From contig NC_047064.1 of the NCBI RefSeq assembly GCF_902459465.1, positions 11,904,001 through 11,968,000 on the forward strand: 64,000 nt of DNA, written 5' to 3'. Position 1 is the stretch's first letter; every line of letters starts with the position of its first letter. The translations under genes and the position numbers were made by a program. Below, in pieces: positions 23,101 through 35,100 of the stretch. Under the pieces are notes generated by a model, which made no database searches, had not been told where the DNA came from, and worked only from the letters and a program-made list of their open reading frames with translations. Source of the stretch: Asterias rubens (lineage: Eukaryota).

Positions 23101-26100
23101 AGTTGCCATCGCTGCGATTGGTGCCCCTGTAATTTCTTGCTTAGCCATGAAATTTGCTGCTTGAATTTTCTGCATTTAAGTTCAGTTGTCTAGTGGTAGA
23201 CATCTGCTTTGGCAATGCAAAGGTCCTAGGTACAAACCCCACCTGATTGGTTTGCATGTGAACAGTGCTTAAAGTGGGTTTATAGCGGTAAAGTAAAATG
23301 AAAGAAGAATAAGTATGTTATAAAACAAATCCTACTGATTCTAAATAAAATATGACAAACAAAACGACAAACCCAGCACTGTTTTGAACGCCTCCTGACC
23401 CATTATGAAAACAAACAAATTAAGATAATAGTGCGTGTGACCCCAACACGTCACTGACATGACACGGCGAAAATCACGTGACGCGGAAGTAATCTGTACA
23501 TAATACGTACTACATTGTAGTACAATGCACTGTCACAGTGTTCGGAGTTCACTCGACACACGCTGCAGTCATTGTAGTACACAATGCACTGTCACAGTGT
23601 TCGGAGTTCACTCGACACACGCTGCTGTCATTGTAGTACACAATGCACTGTCACAGTGTTCGGAGTTCACTTGACACATGCTGCAGTCATTGTAGTACAC
23701 AATGCACTGTCACAGTGTTCGGAGTTCACTCGACACACGCTGCAGTCATTGTAGTACACAATGCACTGTCACAGTGTTCGGAGTTCACTCGACACACGCT
23801 GCAGTCATTGTAGTACACAATGCACTGTCACAGTGTTCGGAGTTCACTTGACACACGCTGCAGTCATTGTAGTACACAATGCACTGTCACAGTGTTCGGA
23901 GTTCACTTGACACACGCTGCAGTCATTGTAGTACACAATGCACTGTCACAGTGTTCGGAGTTCACTCGACACACGCTGCAGTCATTGTAGTACACAATGC
24001 ACTGTCACAGTGTTCGGAGTTCACTCGACACACGCTGCAGTCATTGTAGTACAATGCACTGTCACAGTGTTCGGAGTTCACTTGACACACGCTGCAGTCA
24101 TTGTAGTACACAATGCACTGTCACAGTGTTCGGAGTTCACTCGACACACGCTGCAGTCATTGTAGTACACAATGCACTGTCACAGTGTTCGGAGTTCACT
24201 CGACACACGCTGCAGTCATTGTAGTACACAATGCACTGTCACAGTGTTCGGAGTTCACTCGACACACGCTGCAGTCATTGTAGTACACAATGCACTGTCA
24301 CAGTGTTCGGAGTTCACTCGACACACGCTGCTGTCATTGTAGTACACAATGCACTGTCACAGTGTTCGGAGTTCACTTGACACATGCTGCAGTCATTGTA
24401 GTACACAATGCACTGTCACAGTGTTCGGAGTTCACTCGACACACGCTGCAGTCATTGTAGTACACAATGCACTGTCACAGTGTTCGGAGTTCACTCGACA
24501 CACGCTGCAGTCATTGTAGTACACAATGCACTGTCACAGTGTTCGGAGTTCACTTGACACACGCTGCAGTCATTGTAGTACACAATGCACTGTCACAGTG
24601 TTCGGAGTTCACTTGACACACGCTGCAGTCATTGTAGTACACAATGCACTGTCACAGTGTTCGGAGTTCACTCGACACACGCTGCAGTCATTGTAGTACA
24701 CAATGCACTGTCACAGTGTTCGGAGTTCACTCGACACACGCTGCAGTCATTGTAGTACAATGCACTGTCACAGTGTTCGGAGTTCACTTGACACACGCTG
24801 CAGTCATTGTAGTACACAATGCACTGTCACAGTGTTCGGAGTTCACTTGACACACGCTGCAGTCATTGTAGTACACAATGCACTGTCACAGTGTTCGGAG
24901 TTCACTCGACACACGCTGCAGTCATTGTAGTACACAATGCACTGTCACAGTGTTCGGAGTTCACTCGACACACGCTGCAGTCATTGTAGTACACAATGCA
25001 CTGTCACAGTGTTCGGAGTTCACTCGACACACGCTGCAGTCATTGTAGTACACAATGCACTGTCACAGTGTTCGGAGTTCACTTGACACACGCTAGTACA
25101 CAATGCACTGTCACAGTGTTCGGAGTTCACTTGACACACGCTGCAGTCATTGTAGTACACAATGCACTGTCACAGTGTTCGGAGTTCACTTGACACACGC
25201 TGCAGTCATTGTAGTACACAATGCACTGTCACAGTGTTCGGAGTTCACTCGACACACGCTGCAGTCATTGTAGTACAATGCACTGTCACAGTGTTCGGAG
25301 TTCACTTGACACACGCTGCAGTCATTGTAGTACACAATGCACTGTCACAGTGTTCGGAGTTCACTCGACACACGCTGCAGTCATTGTAGTACACAATGCA
25401 CTGTCACAGTGTTCGGAGTTCACTCGACACACGCTGCAGTCATTGTAATACACAATGCACTGTCACAGTGTTCGGAGTTCACTCGACACACGCTGCAGTC
25501 ATTGTAGTACACAATGCACTGTCACAGTGTTCGGAGTTCACTTGACACACGCTGCAGTCATTGTAGTACACAATGCACTGTCACAGTGTTCGGAGTTCAC
25601 TTGACACACGCTGCAGTCATTGTAGTACACAATGCACTGTCACAGTGTTCGGAGTTCACTCGACACACGCTGCAGTCATTGTAGTATACAATGCACTTTA
25701 CAGTGTTCGGAGTTCACTCGACACACGCTGCAGTCATTGTAGTACAATGCACTGTCACAGTGTTCGGAGTTCACTCGACACACGCTGCAGTCATTGTAGT
25801 ACAATGCACTGTCACAGTGTTCGGAGTTCACTCGACACACGCTGCAGTCATTGTAGTACAATGCACTGTCACAGTGTTCGGAGTTCACTCGACACACGCT
25901 GCAGTCATTGTAGTACAATGCACTGTCACAGTGTTCGGAGTTCACTCGACACACGCTGCAGTCATTGTAGTACAATGCACTTTACAGTGTTCGGAGTTCA
26001 CTCGACACACGCTGCAGTCATTGTAGTACACAATGCACTGTCACAGTGTTCGGAGTTCACTTGACACACGCTGCAGTCATTGTAGTCCACTTCAGGGGAC

Positions 26101-29100
26101 TCCCTTACCTGTTAAACCTACAATTTGCATATTTCTCTTAGCCTTAGGCTTCCACGCTAGAATTTTATACCACAATAGGGCGCCCTCCATCGTCCGCCCC
26201 TGCCCACGGCCAACTCGTCCTCTTTTCTCTAGCGTTCAGCGAAGACAGACGTGTTTTTGTTACGGACGGATCCTTAAGTGATTTTTGGTATTTTCGGAGG
26301 AAGTTGTGAGTTTTTCCTTTAGTGATTATACTGTGCTTCTTACGTTTTATATTGTAAAGACGTTTACTTACTGTACAGAGTACACTCGTTTTCTGTTTTT
26401 GGTAATTAAAATTACACGAGTTGTGTCAGTGCTTTATTTTTGAATTGTTAAAAGATTTCACGTTACATTTTCAGTTATTAGGATGGCGGACTCACGCAAA
26501 AGCAAGCGTGGGGTGACGCCCAAAAATTTTGTTCCATGTTCTTCTTGCCGACGTATTAAGCCCCGTCCCGAGCAAGATTTACATGCCTTGTGCCCCCGTT
26601 GTAGACCGTGTAACCGGCAAGTGTCGTGCTCGGTTTGCAAGGACTGGGGGTCAGCAGATTGGGAGGCCGTAGCGGCATGGGTTCGTTCCCGGTCTCCCTC
26701 GGGTGAATCGGCAGCCAGTGCATCTTCCGGAGCTGTGTCCAGAGCCAAAAAGACGACATCGGCAGGACGATCGCCGCTTTCCGGGGTCATGCCTAAAGGG
26801 TCTCTGGCCACCGGTAAAGCATCGGGCCATACTACTAAATCCGTGCCTGTGAGGCCTCCGGAATTTAGTATAGTCACTGGCGCCGAGAGTCCAAGCAAGA
26901 TCACTCAATCGGGGGAAATGTCCCAGGCCGTTTTGAGTGATGGATCCGACACGGCGCCCCCAGCCGGGCAGCCCGTGATCGCTTCCAAACGTAAGCAGGG
27001 GAAGAAAAAGGGTACTTCCCGGGCCAAAGCTGTGCCTGCGGTGCAGGTAGCGACAGGCCACGTTAGCCCCGGTGAAACCGGAACAGACTCCGGTAAGACG
27101 GGAACGGTACCCGGAAACACCAGTGCCCGGCCAAAGACATTGGCGGGTGTTTATGTGGCCCCGGCCCCGAGCCACGGACAGCATCGGAGCCGGGATAAGT
27201 CCGATGGTGAGGAACGCCACCGGCGTAAAAGACGCCGAAGATATACTAGTTCCAGTTCATCATCCTCATCTTCCCGATCGCCACGGGGTCATCGCCGGCA
27301 TCATAGTAAGCGGGAAGACCCCACATCGGCCCTTCTATTACAAGGGTTCCGTGAACTGACGGCCAGTATCACGTCACTAATACCCAAGCCGACAGCGCCG
27401 GCTCAACCGGTGGCTCCACCGGAGCCAAGGCAGGTTTTACCGAGGATGGAGGACGTAATGTCAATCACCGTCTCGGATAGTTTTTCCGACCCGGGCAGTG
27501 TGTCAGATAGGGATCCACGCCGTGTTTCAGCAGCGGTAGCGGTCCCAGACACCGAACAATCCTCGGGAAATGAGGAAACTGTTCCCCTGACACAGCGACG
27601 GGATAACCGGGAACGACCCCCAGGGCGGGAGGATGATTCATCGGGTGATGAATCATCCTACCAATCCACAACCGACCAGCGATTGCGTATGGTCATGAAA
27701 GATATGGTACGGGTGTTGCACATACCTTCCAATGAAGAACCAGACCCGGTAGACGGCGCTAGACAATCGTTTAAGCGTCGTACCGCGCCGGTCGAACCAA
27801 AGGAATTTTTTCCGGTTCTTCCAATTGATCGGCTGTGTGCCGATCGTATGAACGCACTTTCGGAAGTGAAAAAGATACGTCCGTTCGTGCGCCGGGAAAC
27901 TCGCCCGTTCAGAGTACCTCAGGCAGACTTTGATAATTTTTTATCAGTGCCGCCCATGCCCGCTACAGTGCGTGATAAAATCACGGCGGATTCGGGCGGT
28001 CGAAGTACTTTGAAGTCACCTTTTCCGTCCAAGGAAAAAAATGTGTTTGAGGAGTCATTAATAAAAATTGATACGGCTTCACGGGCAGGAATTCGGGTGG
28101 CATGTTTTTTACAACTCCTTTCCGAATATTTGGTGTGTTCTTGTGAAGCAGATTCACCTGTATCACCAGAGGAAACCGAGACAGCTTTTCGTTGCCTTGA
28201 CGACGGGCTACGGCTGTGTATGGACCAGTTTATGCGGGTGTCCTTGATGACAATCAATGCACGGAGGACAAACGTTTTGGATACGATTTTTGTTCCCTCC
28301 GATGGATTGAGGTCCAACCTGGAATCTCTCCCCCGGCTGAGTTCCGATTTATTTGGAGGAAAATTCCAGGAGGTCATGCAAGCCGAGGCGAAGCGAATTA
28401 AAGCCACAGACAAGATTAACCTCAATAAACAATCAAGTCAAGGAGGCAGCTCTCGTCCGGCAAGAGGCAACAGTGGAGCTACTAAGGGCAAAACGTTCCC
28501 CCGTAAACCTTTGAAGCCGTTTGCTCCAAATCCATCGGGCTCTGCTTTCAAGCCCACTACAACTGTTGTACAGAGTCAGGCTTTTGGGTCGCGTTCACGA
28601 GGTAGAGCCGGCTTCACCCCCCGCTCCAAAGCTTCGCGCGGAGGTTACCGGGGTGGTGCTTGGCGCCGGTGACGCCCCCCTTCCCACGACCCCCTTTCCA
28701 GGGCCCGTGGGGGGTCGACTCATTTATTTCGCAAAGACTTGGGCCCTTTTGTGCAACGACGGGTGGGTACAAAAAACGGTAGCTTCCGGCTACAAAATAG
28801 AGTTTACAAGTACTCCCCCGTCTGCATACCTACCGAGAACAACACCGATTCCAACCGACCGAACCAAGCGTCATGCTCTGGAGTCGGAGATATCCGCCCT
28901 CTTGCAAAAACAAGCCATATGCAGAGTGCAAACAGAGGATGCGAATCGAGGGTTTTTCTCAACCTTTTTTCTAGCTCCAAAGAAAAACACAGGAGAATGG
29001 CGACCGATTTTAAACCTTCGGCCATTAAACAAATATGTCCGACCAAAACGGTTTCGGATGGAGTCGCTGCGGACAGTTTTGGATGCATTACCCATTCCAA

Positions 29101-32100
29101 CCTGGGCAGTGTTGATCGATCTAAAGGATGCCTATCTACATGTTCCGATGTGGGCCGAACATCGAGCGTTCCTACGGTTTTGTTACGACCAAAGGACTTA
29201 CGAATTTCTGACACTACCGTTCGGCCTTTCCACTGCCCCGAGGGTGTTTACACGGCTGGTGAAAGTCGTAGCAGGAATCCTCCGGCGACGTCAGGTACAG
29301 ATTTTTGTTTACCTGGACGATTGGCTCATTGTTGGGGAGACAAAGGAGGAAACAAGCTGGGCACTCAAACTAACTGCAAACATCATTTCGGAGTTAGGTT
29401 TTCTGATCAACATCGAAAAATCGCAGCCAAATCCGACAAGGCACCCAGTTTTCTTAGGAGCAAAACTGGACCTCCAGCGAGGACTAGCTTTTCCTACCGA
29501 GGATCGAGTCCACAATCTTTTGGACTGCATCACTCTGTTCAGAACTGCCAGTGTGGCCCCAGCAGTGGCATGGCTTCGGCTATTGGGCCTAATGGCAAGC
29601 ATGGTGGACGTACTCCCATGGTGCAGATTGCGGATGCGCCCGATACAGTTGCATCTACTTGCATACTACCGACCATGTATTCACCATATCCAGCGGCCAG
29701 TGCCAATCCCAAATATGATTTGCCCCCACCTGGACTGGTGGTCGCGGCGAACAAACATCATGGTGGGACTGATTTTCCCACGACCGCGACCTACCTTAAC
29801 TCTGGTGACCGATGCCTCCAACACAGGTTGGGGGGCACACATTGGAATGGAATCAGTAGCGGGCTCTTGGTCCCAGGCGGACAGTCAATACCACATCAAT
29901 GTCCTAGAACTGCTCGCAGTTTTTCGGGCACTGAAACATTTTGTCAGAATAGTGACAGGGGAAGTGGTCCTCATAAAATCGGACAACTCAACGGTTGTCT
30001 CTTACATAAACCGCCAGGGCGGAACGCATTCCCCGCAGTTGTGCATGCACACATGGGAGCTTCTGCTTTGGTGCCAGGCGAGACAGATCAATCTTACGGC
30101 GGTCCACTTAGCCGGAAAGCTGAATATCATGGCGGATGCTCTGTCTCGGGGGAAGGTCCTTCCAACCGAATGGACTCTGCACCCGGCAGTGGTTCAATCG
30201 ATCTTCCAAGTATGGGATCGTCCTCACATCGATCTGTTTGCGTCGGCACTGAACCATCAGTTACCGGTGTATTGTACACGCAACCAGGATCCGAAGGGAT
30301 GGGCAGCAGACGCTTTTTCCATCAGTTGGAAAAACATGCTAGCATACGCGTTTCCCCCGATCTCGCTTCTACCAAGGGTACTGACAAAGATCGAGGCGGA
30401 AGAGTGCAGAATCATCCTCATCGCACCATTTTGGCCACGCCAGCCTTGGTTTCAGAAAATAGTTCGCCTCTTGTGCAAGCCGCCGATAATTCTACCGGTG
30501 CGATCAGACCTACTGCGTCAACCACGGTCCCTGATCCCGCAACCAGGGGTAGAGTCCCTCCACCTAACATCTTGGATGCTGTCAAGCAATCACTGCGATC
30601 AGCGGGCCTTTCAGCAGACGCTGCCTCATTGGCAGCCCAAGGCCGCAGACTGTCTACCCGTAGGACTTACGACAGCCGATTACGACATTATCATAGGTGG
30701 TGCGAAGAACACACTTATGATCCATGCACAACGCCTCTAGCAGTGGTTGGAGATTTCTTTATGTACCTGTTTCATAAGGATTTGACGATATCCACTATTC
30801 GGGGCTATAGATCAGCTATAGCGGCTGTCCATAAAGGGTTCGCAGATGGATCTACTGTGTCCAATAACGCTAGCCTGGCTCAGCTCCTGCGGGGGATGTA
30901 TGTTGAAAGGCCTCCATCTAGGAAGCTGGTTCCATCCTGGGATCTTGCACAAGTTCTTAAGGTCCTGGCGGAACCGCCATATGAACCATTGGCGAATGCC
31001 CCCTTATTGGACCTATCAGTCAAAACAGTTTTCCTGTTGGCTACAGCCACAGCTAGACGAAGAAGTGAGCTCCATGCCCTTTCAGTTGAACCAGGGCACA
31101 TTAGATGGGAGCCAAGTGGAGTAAGACTGGTGCCTCGTCAGGGGTTTTTAACGAAGAATCAATCTCCTTCCTTCCTTCCTCCACCAATTTTCGTGCCGGA
31201 CCTTAAAAGTTTTTCCTCGGTCCCACAAGATAAACTGTGGTGCCCAGTTCGAGCACTCAAGTGGTACCTGGCTCAAACAAAACCCTTGAGAGGAGACACC
31301 ACCCAACTGTTTATTTCAACAAATAAACCACACAAAGCAGTCTCTGCAGACTCCATTTCCCGGTGGATAGTTACAGCTATCCAGGCATCTATCAAAGACT
31401 GGCCAAAGGTACCGGACATTCGGGTCAATGCCCATGACACCAGAGCCATGACGACATCATGGGCCTACTTTAAAGGTGTCCCCATTCAGGACATTTTGCA
31501 AGCAGCAGCCTGGAAAATACCATCAACATTCACATCCTGCTACCTGCGGGATGTTCTCCAAGCAGAAGGAAGGACGGGCCGTACAGCCCTCTCAATAGGA
31601 GCATCCAAGGAAGGTTCTACCCTGGAGTGATGGGGGCATTACCTCTGGATCAAGAAAGAATAAGCTTTCTGGTGAGTTCTTTAGTTTTTTATTCATACCT
31701 TTTGGTATGGGACAACGCGAAGGGACATTAAGTTTTAGGTTTCCCGAGACGCGGTTTTTTGAATAGGCTCGCTCTGAAGCCCACCATCCATTTTTCGGGG
31801 CTAGTCTATGCAAATTGTAGGTTTAACAGGTAAGGGAGTCCCCTGAAGTGGACTCCCCCAAATCTAGGTGATTTGGGAGTCCGCGAAGGGACGATACTTA
31901 CCTGTTAAACCCTCCCTCCCTCCTTCCCCACAGTGGCTCGCCTTACTAAGTTCTAGAGAAAAAGAGGACGAGTTGGCCGTGGGCAGGGGCGGACGATGGA
32001 GGGCGCCCTATTGTGGTATAAAATTCTAGCGTGGAAGCCTAAGGCTAAGAGAAATATGCAAATTGTAGGTTTAACAGGTAAGTATCGTCCCTTCGCGGAC

Positions 32101-35100
32101 TCCCAAATCACCTAGATTTGGGGGAGTACAATGCACTGTCACAGTGTTCGGAGTTCACTCGACACACGCTGCAGTCATTGTAGTACACAATGCACTGTCA
32201 CAGTGTTCGGAGTTCACTCGACACACGCTGCAGTCATTGTAGTACAATGCACTGTCACAGTGTTCGGAGTTCACTCGACACACACACGCTGCAGTCGTTT
32301 TATGCAATATTCCTTCTACTTTTAATGCTGGATTGAGTTGTTATTGTACAATTTGGCCATCAAAGTTAAGTGTAAATGGTACAAAATGTCAGTATCGTGT
32401 GTCATCTTGGGTGGATGCTCATAAGGCGAAAAATGTGGACGTATTTTGGTTGACTTTTTTCAAAGAACGGGCCACAGCGAGCATGGGTTTGACTCATAAA
32501 CAACACACGCTCCGACTTCTGATTTACAAGTTCATCATAGGCCTATAATTTGCTAGGCACACTTTTGTGATGATTGCGTGGTCAAAATCGTGGATTATAT
32601 GAAACGAATTTGTCTTGGTTCCAGAGGAAGAGACCCAGAGAGAGAGAAAGTGAGCAAGGGTATGTACACTTAATGCTTATTTCGTTTTTAATATCGTGGG
32701 AAGTATTTTTTCATTTCATTTAAGTTTTTATTTATTTGTATTTTATTTTATTTTATTTTATTTTATTTATTCATTTATTTCTTCTTCATTTTTTGAGAGG
32801 GGGGGGGATGGGGGTGGTCGATCATATGTAGAAAGAACCATGTATGATAAATTTTAGTGAGATGCAGTAGTTGTTTATCGGATTGGATGTCATTTAAGCT
32901 GTGAACTTCCATTTTGTAAGTGTACAAAACAAATATCTTTATGTTGTGTTACCTAATTAAGTAAGACAGATAACCACAAAGTTTCCAATAACCCAAACAG
33001 CCATATATTAAAATGTGTTGTTGTTGTTGGCCCTCTGAAAATTTGGTTCTTAATCGTTAGTTGTCCATTGATTTGTTCTCATTTTAAACGTTAAACAGGT
33101 ATTCAACAAGTGGAAGATGAATACAGTGAGCAACTCAGAGATTTGTATGAACCAGAAATACTGGTTGGATGTGAGTAATAATCAACAATCTCAAATCATT
33201 AGTCTGTTGCTTTAATAAAAGCGCACTGCATTTTCCATTCCCATTGCTATCAATTCTGAAAGTATTTGGTGGAGATTTTTCTCCCAGCCTAACTGTCACA
33301 TCCCGGAATTTGAGATAAGCCAAAACGGGACACAACCTTTGGTAGATAGTTTCACACACACACACAAGAGAGGGTAAAATCAAACGCATTGTCCACAAAT
33401 TCATTTACGAATGAAAGAAGGAGGCTCCACCCATTTAGTTTGCTTGGGGTGCGGTGCCTGGGGTGTCGGAATCAGGCCCGCTGAACACCAAGTCATTCCC
33501 GTCTCGCTGTAGTCTATATCAACTCTTTCATTTCTTCCTTCCCATCTCTCTACATCCCTCTCTCCCTCTCTCTTCTCCCATGTGCGGTTCTCCCTTCATG
33601 GGTAATTTGGGGGTTTCCTCTCCAAAATTGGGACCCTGGAAAGAACACATAATAACACCTTATTCCTCTGCAATATTATATACAAAAACTAATACCAATG
33701 GGCGACATCTTAATGTTTGAACACTTATCATTTTGACAATATTACAAAAATAAAAGCTCCACTTAGTTGTTTTAAAGGAAATTCTTCTTTAAACACAAAC
33801 TCCAAACTACTTGATCTCAATTTCTAAATCAAACAAATACTTTCTCAAATTAAATTATTAAACACAACAAAATATGATTACTTACAGCTGTAAATAATCA
33901 TATTTTGTCGTTCTTTCGATCCTGGCCTAGAGTAGTACGCCAACGAAACTGCTTTTAATGATCAGTTGACATAATATTACTTATGCCGTACTTGACGCTC
34001 TAGGAGCACTCATTTGCTCATTCAATATATACCTCTATAGAACTTAATCTGGAAACTGCTCAGTTCTCAATAACTGGCTCTAAAATATCGAGGCTGACAA
34101 ACACACCGTCCTCTCCTCAGATATCTCAAGTCGCAAGTGCCCACTCAAATAATATTTGCTCCCAACAAATTTATGAAACCCGCGAAAAGGTGTACCCTGT
34201 GACTCCAATGTATTGTTACCAAAGGGGTGCATAATGAAACAGAAGCACTACTGGCCCCATATTAATACAGCCAATCACAGAGGATTCTATTAACTTTACG
34301 TAACTCCCATTCTTTAAAATGAAGTCTACGAACTTTACAGGCCCATTGGCCATAAAAACCAAAATGATGTTACTCTTAAACGAGTGGTTAAGAGCATCGA
34401 ATTCAAGTTCTGGTGCAGTCACCGGAGTGTGGGTTCAAATCCCGGTCGTGACACTTGTGTCCTTGAGCAAGATACTTTACTATAATTGCTTCTCTTCACG
34501 GAATAAATGGGTACCTGCGAGGGTAGAAGTTGATATTGTGAATGAAAAAGCCTTTGGAGCGATATAAACTGTTGCCCAGTTGTATACTCCCAAGGGAGCT
34601 GAGAAACATTAAAAGGGATGTTATAGGCCCTATGACCAGGGCACTAATGTAAAGCGCATTGATACGTGTAATATTCGGGAATAACTGGAGAGTATTCAAG
34701 ACAAGATGTCTGCCTTTATGAGCATGTTAACATGTGCTAATAATATGAACACTTGAGGGCGCAATAACAATAGTGCGGAGTCATTATTCTACATCTCCCC
34801 CCAAGTACAGATTGGTGTACTTTAATCCCAAAAATTTTTCAACAAATCCAAGAGTGTCCATGAAAAGATCTCTAGAGTCCATGAATCATGTACGAATGTT
34901 AACGCTTAAACAACTTTAATAATTTTAAAAACCAAAACAGTAACTAGAATTTTTAGCAAACAAGACAACTGGAATAACAACTTCAAAAAATTCTGCATGA
35001 TTTTTATGCAGAGAGAGCAACAACTTCCCAACTCTCAATTTTTTAGCCTGCAATGTTTTTAATGCAGCTATTTGCTTTTTTGGGAACGTTTTTTGTTTTG

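Larger units (their letters stand above)
26084..32127 (+). mobile_element. Full-length, apparently intact DIRS1-like YR retrotransposon, family B (6,044 bp)
   Basis: Three uninterrupted ORFs. The left ITR (26104-26232) is the reverse complement of the right ITR (31953-32082) with one 1-nt indel. The ICR (~31807-31911) is complementary to both termini. AGT occurs at both ends, and the satellite resumes in register. Confidence 0.99.

Noticed and set aside
23513-26086. CRISPR-like regular array
   Set aside because: Units are contiguous near-identical monomers with no unique spacers, there are no cas genes, and the context is eukaryotic.
23938-26281. Cys/His-rich ORFs (MHCHSVRSSLDTRCSHC...)
   Set aside because: Translation artefacts of the 59/57-bp satellite.
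30210-30500. Bacterial or phage restriction-modification methyltransferase / contamination
   Set aside because: The domain is part of the DIRS RT ORF inside an element with precise junctions in host satellite.
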